A stretch of DNA of 64,000 nucleotides from NCBI RefSeq assembly GCF_004010195.1, contig NC_057718.1, positions 21,123,612-21,187,611 of the forward strand, in the 5' to 3' direction. Of the stretch, positions 24,831-38,109 are shown piece after piece; position 1 is the stretch's first letter; each line of letters starts with the position of its first letter. The position numbers and the translations under genes are program-made. The DNA comes from Chiloscyllium plagiosum. Taxonomy: Eukaryota. Under the pieces are notes generated by a model. That model searched no databases and had not been told where the DNA came from. It saw only the letters and a list, made by a program, of their open reading frames with translations.

Positions 24831-25689
24831 ACTGAAGTTGTGAACCAAAAACATCTGAAAGAGGTCACACAGAAGAGCTGTCCAGATATTTTCCTCAAAT
24901 CCTTATGTTTGAAAGGAAGACAGAAAATACATTTAAGTTACTGGTTGCTACTTTACCTACATTGCAAGTTTGGACTGAAGAACATACTAAGAAGCATATC
25001 TCACATTGAGAGTTAAAGGGAAGAAGATGGCTTAAAAAAATTTTTAAAACTCAACATTGTGTTTCAATCACAACTAATTATTTATATGGTATTAACATGG
25101 TTTGTATATTAACAGGACTTCATAACTCAATAAAAATGGCACAAAAAACATAACCAGCTGCAAGATAAGGAAGTTGGTTGAAAAGCTCTAATGTGGTCTG
25201 ATTTAGGAAACTGTTAAGCGAGAAGGTAGCAACCCATGCACTACCGTTTCAGTACCAAGTTTCTACTAAACACCTGGTACATCACACCAGCAAACCCACA
25301 GAGCAGATGCATGAGATAACGGAACTTGTGGCGTTAAAAAACATTACTACAGATATCTGTTCTGGTTTTGCATCCTCATTCATTACCTTCAAAGCAAAAC
25401 ATAGCTTGTACTGCATCATCTAAAGTTACGCCTATGTGCTGACCTGTATTCCAATTCCTGAGAAGGTGGTAGATGCAGATTCAAGAGTAACTTTCAAAAG
25501 GAAATTGGATATATACTTGAAAAGGAAAACATTAATGAGCTGCTTGAAAGAGGAAGGAGTGCAACTACTTGGAAATCTCATTCAACCAGTACAAGCATGT
25601 TGGGTCATATAACCTCCTTCTGTGCTGTGTGATGCTTTTAACTCAGAAAACAGATAACCTGCTCTCGAGTTTCTGAACTACTCCCCAAG

Positions 25690-26900
25690 AAATCACAGAA
25701 TCATAGACTGTTACAGTACAGAATGAGGCCATTTGACCCAGCGTGTTGGTACCTGTTCCCAAAAGTGCTCATTGCATTCTCCAGCAATATCTCCATCACC
25801 CTCTAAAATGGATTCTTACAAATATATACCCAACTCTCTTCTGAAAACTCGTATTAAATCCACCTCTACGACTCTCCCATGCAGTGCATTCCAAATCTTA
25901 ACAATGTTCTGAGTGAAGAAATTTCTCCTCATCTCACTCAGAGATCTCTTGCTGACATACCAATTAGTAGAAACAGAATATCCTATTTTTACCCTATCAA
26001 AAGGAGGAACGTGACGTAAAATTGTTCATAATTTTGAATGCCTCAATAAAGGTCACTTCTCAATCTTCTCTCCTCCAAGGAGAATAAGCCCAATTTCTCT
26101 AATCTTGCCTTGTATCTAAAATCTCTCATTCCTGGTATGCATCAAATCAATCTTTTCCTTCCTTATTTTCTCACCAATATCCTTAGTTGTCCAAGTTACT
26201 CTAGCTTTGCATACCCCATATTTATTTCTCATGGTATGTTCCTAACTTGCACCTTATTCACCTCTATTTTGAAATTCTCCCATTATTCATCCACTTTGGT
26301 AGAATCAATCAACTTTTTCCAATTCAACATTCTGGACCCCTAAAATCTGACCTTTTCTAGTCTGGGATCTCTAACCGGAATTGATTTTTATCCTTTTCTA
26401 ACTCAAGACCGAATCTTATTATATGCCCACTCTAACATTCTCCACTTGTCCTGCCTCATTTCCTGGACCAGATCCAGCACAGTTCCCTTCCTGGTAGGAC
26501 TGGAAATGTAGGAATTTCTCCTCTTCCATATCCCGCACTCTCCCTTTTTCCCAATATGCTCCTGGTTTATTGAAATCGCCAACTATCTTAACAACTTGTC
26601 CTGCAGATTTTGATAATCTACATAGAAATGCTCTCTTCTACTTCCTTCCTCCTATTTGCAGGGATATAATAAATACCCAGTAAGGTCACCTTCCTTGTCA
26701 CCTTCCAACAAAGTCACTCCCTTCCTGTTTTGCACCTCTAACCATATAGATCTAATTCAGGAACCACATCTCATTCAAAGACTACTATACCTGCTTTGTT
26801 TATCCACTCTTTCTACAAATAGCCTTATAACTGGGATGTTGGGGATTCAGTTCTGTTTTGGCTTGAGTCAAGTTTCAGTGAATGCTACTATGTCAGTGAC
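25690..26900 (-). mobile_element. Old CR1 fragments (3' UTR plus endonuclease remnant)
   Basis: cacagaatcatag tail, ctgagtgaagaaatttctcctcatctc, and endonuclease-like tcagtttcagtgaatgctac remnants. Confidence 0.6.
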
Positions 26901-27486
26901 AAGTATTCTTCTGAATATATTTAAATTTTAAGAAAACATGAATTGAGAAAATTTCCACCAGAGAGCAATAAAAGTTGTAATAATGCAGCTGTACAATGAA
27001 TCAACATGTGAAATAACACAAGAAGCTGAACACTTGACTAATTCTATATACTGGTTCATTTGATCAACAGAACAAGATAACAGAAAAGAACTGTTATCTT
27101 AAACGATTTCACAACCACCCAATCACATTGCAACCAAGGAGAGCAAAGGGCAAAATCTAATTGGCAGGCAGATTTACATATGCGTCACCCCATAGATAAT
27201 ATATTTCTTTAACATTCAACCTTTTTTTGGCATCAAACTTCTGACTTGGCATTGATAACCAAGTAAGAGACTTTTGAAAGTTAAGATAACGCTGCTGGTA
27301 AGACGACATCTGAAGAATCATGGTTCGAATCTTCAACTGTAAGGATATTCGCATGTCTAACCATACCTTCTTTTGTCAAACAGATATTGAACTGTGCCAT
27401 GTGGAAAACACATTGTGTGCTTTATTGTTCTTGCAAAATAAACTTTATTCTAACAGCATTCTTTTCCTTGTTACATTTCTCAAAGA

Positions 27487-29560
27487 AGCGCAACAAGAGG
27501 TGAGGCCATACTGGATTTGGTTCTGGGTAACGAACCAGGTCAGGTGTTAGAATTGGAGGTAGGTGAGCACTTTGGGGACAGTGACCACAATTCGGTGACT
27601 TTTACTCTAGTGATGGAGAGGGATAAGTGTGCACTGCAGGGCAAGAGTTATAGCTGGGGGCAGGGAAATTATGATGCGGTGAGGCACAACTTAGGATGTG
27701 TGGCTTGGAAAAGTAAACTTCAAGGCAATGGCGCAATTGATATGTGGAGCTTGTTCAAGAAGCAACTATTGAGTGTCCTTGATAAATATGTACCTGTTAG
27801 GTAGCGAGGAAAGGGTCGTGTGAGGGAGCCGAGGTTTAATAAGAAATTGGAATCCCTTGTTAAAGGGAAGAGGGCGGCCTATGTAAAGATGAGACGTGAA
27901 GGTTCAATTGGGGCGATTGAGAGTTATAAGGTAGCCAGGAAGGACCAGAAAAGAGAGCTAAGAGCAGCAAGGAGGGGACATGAAAAGTCCTTAGTTGGTA
28001 GGATTAGGGAAAACCCTAAGGCTTTCCATAGGTATGTCAGGAGTAAAAGAATGACTAGGGTAGGAAGAGGTCCAGTCAAGGATAGTAGTGGGAAGTTGCG
28101 TGTGGAGGCTGAAGAGATAGGAGAAGTCTTGAATGAGTACTTTTCTTCAGTATTTACAAATGAGAGGGACCATATTGTTGAAGNNNNNNNNNNNNNNNNN
28201 NNNNNNNNNNNNNNNNNNNNNNNNNNNNNNNNNNNNNNNNNNNNNNNNNNNNNNNNNNNNNNNNNNNNNNNNNNNNNNNNNNNNNNNNNNNNNNNNNNNN
28301 NNNNNNNNNNNNNNNNNNNNNNNNNNNNNNNNNNNNNNNNNNNNNNNNNNNNNNNNNNNNNNNNNNNNNNNNNNNNNNNNNNNNNNNNNNNNNNNNNNNN
28401 NNNNNNNNNNNNNNNNNNNNNNNNNNNNNNNNNNNNNNNNNNNNNNNNNNNNNNNNNNNNNNNNNNNNNNNNNNNNNNNNNNNNNNNNNNNNNNNNNNNN
28501 NNNNNNNNNNNNNNNNNNNNNNNNNNNNNNNNNNNNNNNNNNNNNNNNNNNNNNNNNNNNNNNNNNNNNNNNNNNNNNNNNNNNNNNNNNNNNNNNNNNN
28601 NNNNNNNNNNNNNNNNNNNNNNNNNNNNNNNNNNNNNNNNNNNNNNNNNNNNNNNNNNNNNNNNNNNNNNNNNNNNNNNNNNNNNNNNNNNNNNNNNNNN
28701 NNNNNNNNNNNNNNNNNNNNNNNNNNNNNNNNNNNNNNNNNNNNNNNNNNNNNNNNNNNNNNNNNNNNNNNNNNNNNNNNNNNNNNNNNNNNNNNNNNNN
28801 NNNNNNNNNNNNNNNNNNNNNNNNNNNNNNNNNNNNNNNNNNNNNNNNNNNNNNNNNNNNNNNNNNNNNNNNNNNNNNNNNNNNNNNNNNNNNNNNNNNN
28901 NNNNNNNNNNNNNNNNNNNNNNNNNNNNNNNNNNAAATAGTGCGGTGAAGGCGGCATATGGCGTACTGGCTTTTATTGGTAGTGGAATTGAGTTCCGGAG
29001 TCCTGAGATCATGTTGCTGTTGTATAAGACTCTGGTACGGCCGCATCTGGAGTATTGTGTGCAGTTTTGGTCGCCATACTATAGGAAGGATGTGGAGGCA
29101 CTGGAACGGGTGCAGAGGAGGTTTACCAGGATGTTGCCTGGTATGGTAGGAAGATCGTATGAGGAAAGGCTGAGGCACTTGGGGCTGTTTTCATTGGAGA
29201 AAAGAAGGTTTGGGGTGACCTGATAGAGGTGTACAAGATGATTAGGGGTTTAGGTAGGGTTAACCATGAGAACCTTTTTCCACGTATGGAGTTAGCTATT
29301 ATGAGGGGGCATAGCTTTAAATTAAAGGGGGGTAGGTATAGGACAGATGTAAGGGGTAGGTTCTTTACTCAGCGAGTCGAGAGTCCATGGAATGCCCTGC
29401 CAGTAGCAGTGATGGACTCTCCCCTTTATGGGCATTTAAACGGGCATTGGATAGGCATATGGAGAATAGTGGGCTAGTGTAGGTTAGGTGGGCTTGGATC
29501 GGCGCAACATCGAGGGCCAAAGGGCCTGTACTGTGCTGTATTTTTCTATGTTCTATATTT
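27487..29560 (+). mobile_element. Relatively young 5'-truncated CR1 LINE ORF2 (APE end, RT in gap, C-terminus) with 3' UTR
   Basis: ORFs LGNEPGQV..HFGDSDHNSV and LYKTLVRPHLEYCVQFWSPYYRKDVEALERVQRRFTRM; tttctatgttctat tail. Confidence 0.92.
28184..28934. other. Assembly gap
   Basis: Run of N inside a CR1. Confidence 1.
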
Positions 29561-29619
29561 TATATCTCAAGTTACTCCGTTATCTGCTGAAAGACAAGAT
29601 ATCTGTCTAATATCAGTTG

Positions 29620-31130
29620 ATTGAATCTTCTTGGGAAGCGGCTTGGCATTAAGGATGATTTGGTTCTACGCCAGCTCGATGTGTTCAGAAATAGCTTGAT
29701 ACGTCCAATACCTCAAACTGGAAACTATATCACAGGAGAGTCAGGTGGTGCTTGGAGGATTGGAGAGCAGAGATTTTAGATTTGCATGTTCCAATGTCTT
29801 GTGATATGTCCAGTGTCTTTTCAATTGAGCTGCATCTAGTTGCCAATCAGATCGCTATGATTCCAGCTGATGTCATTATTGGACAAGTCAGATCCCACAA
29901 TGAAATTTGGCTTGATGGATCAAATTTCATTGTGTTTTGGTTATAATCAGATGGTTTCTCATTGAAACATAAGCTTGCACTGTGAAGATTTGGTTTTAAG
30001 AACTAGCAGAAGTTTATTCACAACATAAATTAGGACAAAATAGAAAAAGTCCAAATTATTTACACATAACGCAAGAGAGTTTGCAATAAATGTTACAAAA
30101 AATCCTATTAATCATAAAACACTCTCTTGCAGATCACAAAAATACCCCTACACATTACCCAAAAGCACATCTTATACAGTACTTGCACTAGAAAAGAATT
30201 TCAAAGATCTTGATAGCTTTAATTTAGCTATGACATTAACCCACAGTCGAGAAAATCCGATAGCTTCTTCCTGTTTTCACACACAGTTTCAAATAACCAC
30301 TTCTGAATTGTATCCAAACACTTCTGGCTGGGATGATTACTAAACTACCCACTCTAAGGTAATCTATTTTAACAAATCTCCCTTTTCAGGAGCACTGCTG
30401 AATAGATTCAGCTTCATCCAAGGACTTCTACAGCTATGGGCATTTCCCCCAATCCTAAATAAGTGCCCAGAAATTTCTAACTGAAACTTGGGTGTATAAT
30501 TGTTCACTTTTTTTATTTGTAACCCCTCCTAATATACACAAAACTCATTAATTATGAAAGCTAACTCTCCATCAAGTTGTTTTAAAATAAATTATCATGG
30601 CTCCAGAAATAATTACAAGTTAATCATTAAACTCTTCAGACATAGAAAACACCCACATATCGCTGATTCAAACATCAAAGCATAAACATAAATTTTATTG
30701 AATTATGTATAAATCACAATAGCCAACATCTCCTCTAGGTTGGCAGGTATGATTGATTTCTTTAAGGATGCCCTCCTGGGAGTCTCCTGACTTGATAGAA
30801 TTCAGAGTAGACCAGCTGTATTGTATCCTTCCCAATGGAGCTAGTTTTGAATGATTAGTACATTGACTTGGGCGAGGAGGCTGCTATTGGATTGACTTTT
30901 TTGCCACTGGATTTTGAGAAACTTGTGAAGGCACCACTGATGGGACCTCTCCAGTGCTTTGAGTATCTGTCATAGATTGTCCAAGTTTCTAAAGTCTAAA
31001 GGTGCATAGGGATCACTGTTGCCCGATAAAACACTATTTTGTTTTCCTCAGGTTTGCTTTCTTGGTTCTCAAATTCTCTTAGCTCTCAGTCAGTTGAAGA
31101 CTGAGCATGTAAATCGGAGGCAACAAGGAA
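29620..31130 (-). mobile_element. Decayed RTE-clade LINE 3' part, interrupted by an LTR-like insert at ~29981-30718
   Basis: Reverse strand 30800-31060 gives KIVFYRATVIP..ETWTIY..KIQWQ..LHW.G, typical of the RTE C-terminus. The insert begins TGTGA and ends TCACA, but I see no TSD. Confidence 0.55.
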
Positions 31131-31144
31131 TTTCTTGGTGAATC

Positions 31145-32310
31145 TGCAGTTCTGGGGCACAGTTTTAAGTACTATTACTGGAATGTTGTTAGAACCCATA
31201 GCCTCTGCAGTATCCAATGCCCTCAACCATTTCTTGATATCAAAGGGAGTGAACTGACTTGGCTGAAGACTGGTATCTGTAATGTTGGGGGCCACTAGAG
31301 GTGGTCAGATGGATCATCCACCTGGTACTTCTGGCTTCCTTTGAGTGCTTTCGCCTATCCTTTTGCATGATGTGTTGGGCTCTTCCATAATTGAGAATGA
31401 GGACATTTGTGGAGCCTCCTCCTCCAATGAGATATTTAATTGCACACCACCATTCAAAACTGGATGTGGCTGGTCTCCAGAGTTTAGATCTGATCCTTTG
31501 TTGTGGGATCGCTTAGCTCTAACTTTGCGGTGGCACAGTGGTTAGCACTGCCGCCTCACAGCGCCAGGGACCCAGGTTTGATTCTAGCCTTGGGCGACTG
31601 TGTGGAGTTTGCACATTCTCCCAGTGTCTGCACGGGTTTCCTCCGGGTGCTCAGGTTTCCTCTGGGTGCTCAGGTTTCCTCCCACAGTCACAAAGCTGTA
31701 CAGGTCAGGTGAACTGGCCATGCTAAATTGCCCATAGTGTTAGGTGTACTCGTCCGAGGGAAATGGGTCTGGATGGGTTACTCTTCAGAGGGTCATTGTG
31801 GATTTGTTGGGCTGAAGGGCCTGTTTCCACACTATAGGGAATCTAGTCTAATCTATTACTTGCTGTTTATGCTGTTGGCATGCAAGAAGTCTTGTTTGCT
31901 AGCTTCACTTGATATCTTATTTTCATATCTTATACCTGGTGCTGCTCCTGACATGAACCATAATATTTGATCCAGTGGTTGTTGTTTCACTTAGTTCTAT
32001 CTGCCGCATGCTGCTTCCACTGTTTGTATGCAAATTGTTGTGTTGTGACTTCAACAGATTGACAATTCACTTATAGTGGTGCCTTAAGTTGCTGTAACGC
32101 ACTTTACTGAGTCAGATTGATTCTCTGGCTTTATGATTTAGAAATATGCTGGATCAGGTGGTTACAGAGTGTGGTCGAATACTATACTCCTGCTGTCAGA
32201 ACTTCATGGATGCCCAGTTTTGAGTTGGTCTGTTTAAAATCTATTCCATTTAGCACAGTGGTATTACCACACAAAACTTTGGAGAGTATCCTCAATGTGA
32301 AGAGGAATTC
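31145..32310 (-). mobile_element. CR1/L2-group LINE internal remnant split by an HE1 SINE
   Basis: ORF 31086-31295 FTPFDIKKWLRALDTAEAMGSNNIPVIVLKT (pre-RT region). Confidence 0.65.
31527..31855 (+). mobile_element. HE1-type V-SINE
   Basis: gcggtggcacagtggttagcactgccgcctcacagcgccagggaccc head; V domain with duplicated gggtgctcaggtttcctc; aatct tail. Confidence 0.9.
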
Positions 32311-34934
32311 TTCATAATGCAAAGTTTTGTGAAATGCTTTGAAAAGGTATAAGAACTACCACTTGACATCGCAATGGATTTTAGTTTGAGTTTACGTCCC
32401 TTCCCCACTGTAACCAGAAATCTTACGTACACTTCTTCAAATTGAATGAATATCTCTAATTATGCATTCAATTCCAGAATTTTATATTTTACTTCAAGTT
32501 AAAAAGACTTACACTGTTGAGCTATATTGCCATTTTCATGAACATTTATCAGGGTGTACATTATCTAATCCCTTTGGAATTCTAAATCTAAAAACAATCA
32601 TATCTGAAAACAATCATTCCACTTCTCAACTGTCTTTTCGCTCCTCAAAATGCCCAGTTTACACAAACACATTTCATGATCAAATCCCATGTTCCACTTA
32701 ATCATTCTGGTTGTTTCCTCATGCAACCTTTCAATATCTACAATGTCATTGTACATTGTGATAACCAGTTGATTAGCAAATTGATTATCAAACACCAAGT
32801 TTATGTTCAGACATTTGGTTAAAGGAATCTGGTCAATGGACTGAAATAATTCAACAGAATTTCTTGATCCAAGAAAAGAAACAACAATATCAAGTAGGAT
32901 ATTTTTGTTGTTTTTTTTTGTGGATACAGATCAATCTAGAATAAAACAGAAAAGATTGAAAATATTCAACAAGTCAGGCAACATGTGTGATCAGAGGAAC
33001 AGAGTTCACATTTTAGGCTGAACTGGTAGAAGCTAGTGAATTAATGTGGTTGAGCAAATAGGCTCGGAGAGAGAATAAGAAGGAGTAAAGAACAAAAGGA
33101 AAATATAGATCTGTGATGGGTGAAAGGAAAGTAAGTAAAGGGAAAATGGAATAAATTTAAAACAAGATGATGGGACTAGAAACAAAAAAAGATAAATCTA
33201 GTCAAGCCGAAAGCAGAATTGCAGAATTATTTTCAACAATAATCATTTAAAAAAAACCCAACTTAGAAGTGTTTTGCACAAATTAATTTGGAGGAATTTG
33301 CTTCTTTCCATTTTTGGTATAACCATCAAGTAAACAGACATGAAGCACTCAGCCACTTTGTAACCCTCCCACCAGTGCTGATGATCGCAAAGATATATAT
33401 GTCTTGCCATCTGTAAAACATACTACCGAATGTGAATCCAAAAGTTCTGCACTACTCTATTGTTTCATAATCACACACTGGTTTGGAAAAAAAACACAGC
33501 TGAGTCAAATCTGAAACCAAGCCAGTAAAAGGGGTTGGATTGAACTCAAAAGCATTTTTGAATCTCAGCAAACTGTGTTCAGGATTCATTGGATTCTAAC
33601 TCTTGAGAGTTAATGCTGACCAAATCAGACAACAATTACCATCATCCAAAATGCATTCAGTCCAAACCATACCAAGTCAAATTTCTTTGCTTAAAAAAAT
33701 TCAAACAATACACCCATTTGAAGACAAGAAAATGGTGTGACCAATCTATTGTGTACAGTTTAAGTGGCAATTGTCATGAGACTGGAAAAGAACATCCCTC
33801 AAGTTCAATCACAAAGCATTTACTGTCCAAATTAAATAAAGCATCGTGAACAACATAACTGATTTTGCTAAACAATCAGACATCAAGTTAATTAACCTGA
33901 TACATTCTGCAAAACAGGAAACAATCTCAGCACAAACAATTTATTAATATGTTGCCTCCACAACAACCCTTGAGTATGAAATTTCTCCACTTTATTAAAT
34001 TTTGTATTATTCCATCTTCATTCTATCAGTTTACTTTCATTATTAAGGAAAAATCAGCAAATGCAATGTGTGTTAACAGAAAATAATTCCCACCCAAAGT
34101 GGTCAGGTTCTAACAAAGGTTCTGAAAATATAGCCAGATGTAGTGACTGGGAAATTATAAGTTACTCATGTTTCCAAGATGGTTCAGGTTTGGAATAAGT
34201 TTAGGCTCTGGCATTTAGCACAGTTTATATCAATTTAAAACAAAGCCATTGGAAAATATCTTTACTTGAATACAAAATGAGAAATCCAGCAGTGCTGTGT
34301 TGAATGTTTTCTTTTAGAAGATAAGAAGGTTTGGCAAAGGGAAAGTTATACGTTTTGTTCATCACTTCCAAAGAAAATCTTGTGCAAATCCATTCTGTAT
34401 ACATTGAGGAACATAGGATTTTAAAAACAAGTCAAGAGTTCAAAACTTCACTTCGAAGTTATTTATTCCTAAATACTCGTTGGTGTTCCTTCTAATGTTA
34501 ACATCTGTATCCATCATGATTATTTTCTCTCTTCAGCAAGGATAGTTAGTTTGCCTCAAATTGTTATTATTGGGAAATTGACATTACTGATAACTCAATT
34601 GGGAAATGCACTGTGTGGTATGGTAATATTCTAGGAAAATAGGAAATATGAGAAAATGGAGGAGTTTATAGAACTGCGGTATTGTTACAACGTTTGGCAT
34701 TTGGACTGACTCTCCAAAGGAGTTACTCACTTTTGACAGGGATACAGAGAGAAAGCAGAATGGCAACTTTTTCTTTCTTTTCAGATAATAATTCAATTCC
34801 ATTTCAAAAGCATTGATTGAACCTGCCTCATTCTCATTGCAGATTCTAACTAAAGCTGAGTGAAAAAGCTTTCCATCATGGGAACAAGAGTAAGGCATTC
34901 AGCCTAACGATCCCACCTTACCATTGCAGATGAC

Positions 34935-37900
34935 AGAAACATTGAAGATAGGAGCAGGAGGAGGGCAATTGACCCTTCAAGCCTGCTCCACCATTCATCT
35001 CGATCATGGCCAATTGTCTAACTCAGTAGCCTAATCCTGCTTTCTCCCTATAACATTTGGTCTCATTTGCCCCAAGTTCCATATTTAGCCGCCCCTTGAA
35101 TACATTCAATGTTTTGGCATCAACTATTTCCTGTGGCAATGAGTTCCACAGACCCACCACTTTATGGTTGAAGAAATGTCTCATCTCCATTCTAAATGGT
35201 CCACTCCGAATCCTCAGACTGTGACCCCTGGTCCTGGATGCATCCACCATTGGGAACATCCTCCCTGCATCTACCCTGTCTAGCCCTGTTAAAACTACTC
35301 TCCATGAGGTCCTCCCTCCTGAACTCCAGTGAAAGCAATCCTAACCTAGTTAATCTCTCCTCATACATCAATCCCGCCATCCCTGGAATCAGTCTCGTAA
35401 ACCTTTGCTGCACTCCTTCGAGAACAACAGCATCGTTCCTCAGAAAAGGAGACCAAAACTGCATACACTATTCTAGGTGTGGCCTCACCAAGGCCCAGTA
35501 TAACTGTAACAACACATCCCTGCTCCTGTATTCAAAACCTCCCGCAATGAAGACCAACACACCATTTGCCTTCTTTACTGCCTGCTACATATGCATACCT
35601 ACCTTCTGCAACTGGTGCCCAAGCCTTGATGCACACTCCCCTCTCCCAATTCACAGCCATTCAGGTAGTAACCTACCTTCTTGTTTTTGCTTCCAGTTTG
35701 AATGACCTAGCACTTATGCAAACTATACTGCATTTGCCATTGATGTGCCCACTCACCCAACCTATCCAGGTCATGCTGAAGCATCTCTGCATCCTCAACA
35801 CAGTTTACCCTCCCACCCAACTTGATATCATCTGCAAACTTTTGACATGTTTTGGATACTGTTACAGGGCTCTGGCACAGAGTCTGTCCCTGCTGCTCAG
35901 AAGGGAAGCGGGAAGAGGAGCAGAGCACTAGTCATTGGGGACTCCATAGTTAGGGGGACGGATAGGAGGTTCTGTGGGGACGAGGGAGACTCACGGTTGG
36001 TGTGTTGCCTCCCAGGTGCCAGGGTTCGTGATGCCTCTGACCGTGTTTTTGGGATCTTTAAAGGGGAGGGGGAGCAGCCCCAAGTCATGGCCCACATAGG
36101 CACCAACAACATAGGTAGGAAGAGAGATGGAGATTTAAGGCAGAAATTCAGGGAGCGAGGATGGAAGCTTAGAGCTAGGACGAACAGAGTTGTTGTCTCT
36201 GATTTGTTGCCCATGCCGCGTGCTAGTGAGGCGAGGAACAGGGGGAGAGAGAGGAGTTGAACACGTGGCTACAGGGATGGTGCAGGAGGGAGGGTTTTGG
36301 ATTCTTGGATAATTGAGGCTCTTTCTGGGGTAGGTGGGACATCGACAAGCAGCATGGTCTTCATTTGAACCAGAAGGGTACCAATATCCTGGGGGGGGAA
36401 ATTCGCTAAGGCTATTGGGGAGGGTTTAAACTAATCCAGCAGGGGAATGGGTCAACCATGGTAATTATAGACAAGTGAGCCTTACTTCAGTTGTTGGAAA
36501 AGGTTAGAAGAGATAGGATTTATAATCATCTAGGAAAGAATAATTTGATTAGGGATAGTCAGCACGGTTTTGTGAAGGGTAGATCGTGCCTCACAAACCT
36601 TATTGAGTTCTTTGAGAAGGTGACCAAACAGGTAGATGAGAGTAAACTGGTTGATGTGGTGTATATGGATTTCAGCAAGGCGTTCGATAAGGTTCCCCAC
36701 AGTATCATACAAAATGTGGAGGAATGGGATTGTGGGAGACATAGCAGTTTGGATCAGTAATCGGCTTGCTGAAAGAAAACAGAGGGTTGTAGTTGATGGA
36801 ACATGTTCATCTTGGCGTCCAGTTACTAGCGGCGTACCGCAAGGGTCGGTGTTGGGTCCACTGCTGTTCATCATTTTTATAAATGACCTGGATGAGGGCT
36901 TAGAAGGGTGGGTTAGTAAATTTGTGGATGACACTAAGGTTGGTGGAGTTGTGGATAGTGATGAAGGATGTAGTAGGTTGCAGAGAGACATAAATAGGAT
37001 GCAGAGCTCGGTTTAGAGGTGGCAAGTGGAGTTTAATGCAGACAAGTGTGAGGTGATTCACTTTGGTCGGAGTAACCGGAATGCAAAGTACTGGGCTAAT
37101 GGTAAGATTCTTGGTAGTGTAGATAAGCAGAGAGATCTCGGTGTCCAGGTACACAGATCCTTGAAAGTTGCCACCCAGGTTGACAGGGTTGTTAAGAAGG
37201 TATACAGTGTTTTAGCTTTTAATAATAGAGGGATCGAGTTCCGGAACCATGAGGTTATGCTGCAACTGTACAAAACTCTAGTGTGGCCGCACTTGGACTA
37301 CTGTGTACAGTTCTGGTCACTGCATTATAAGATGGATGTGGAAGCTTTGGAAAGGGTACAGAGGAGATTTACTAGGATGTTGCCTGGTATGGAGGGAAAG
37401 TCTTACAAGGAAAGGCTAAGGGACTTGAGGCTGTTTTCATTGGAGAGAAAAAAGTTGAGAGATGACTTAATAGAGACATAGAAGATAATCAGAGGGTTAG
37501 ATAGGGTGGACAGGGAGAGCCTTTTTCCAAGTATGGTGACGGCGAGCTCGAGGGGGCATAGCTTTAAATTGAGGGGTGATAGATGTAGGACAGATGTCAG
37601 AGGTAGTTTCTTTACTCAGAGTAGTATATGGGTATGGAATGCTTTGCCTGCAACAGTAGTAGATTCACCAACTTTAAGTGCATTTAAGTCGTCACTGGAC
37701 AAGCAGATGGACGTACGTGGAATAGTGTAGGTTAGATGGGCTTCAGACTGGTATGACAGGTTGGCGCAACGTTGAGGGCCGAAGGGCCTGTACTGCGCTG
37801 TAACGTTCTATGTTACATTTTGTTCCCTCATCCAAATCATTAATATATATTGTGAATAACTGGGGTCGCAGCACCGATCCCTGTGGCACCTCACTAATTA

Positions 37901-38050
37901 CTGCCTGCCAATGTGAAAAAGACCCATGAATTTCTACTCATTGTTTCCTTGCTGCCAACTAGTTTTCTATCCATCTCAATACACTTCCCCAATCCCATGC
38001 GCTTTAATTTTGTACAATAATTTCTTATTGGGACTTTATCAAACACGGTA
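34935..38050 (-). mobile_element. CR1 ORF2 3' portion split by an oppositely oriented CR1
   Basis: Minus ORFs KFADDIKLGG and QFWSPFLRNDAVVLEGVQQRFTRLIPGM; homology resumes at 37813 (tacattttgttccctcatcc..gatccctgtggcacc). Confidence 0.85.
35849..37812 (+). mobile_element. Internally deleted CR1: ORF1 SGNH/GDSL esterase fused directly to ORF2 RT and 3' UTR
   Basis: LVIGDSIVRG..CLPGARV..HIGTNNIG (SGNH blocks), then at ~36450 a jump to [40 protein letters not shown]. Confidence 0.9.
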
Positions 38051-38109
38051 GTACACGTTTCATGGTAAATCATATCCTCAATGCCATTTTTCTGCATGTC
38101 CCCGAATGC

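Noticed and set aside
35847..36260. GDSL/SGNH esterase as a host gene
   Set aside because: It is the known CR1 ORF1 esterase domain, embedded in a CR1 and repeated at 56736-56945.
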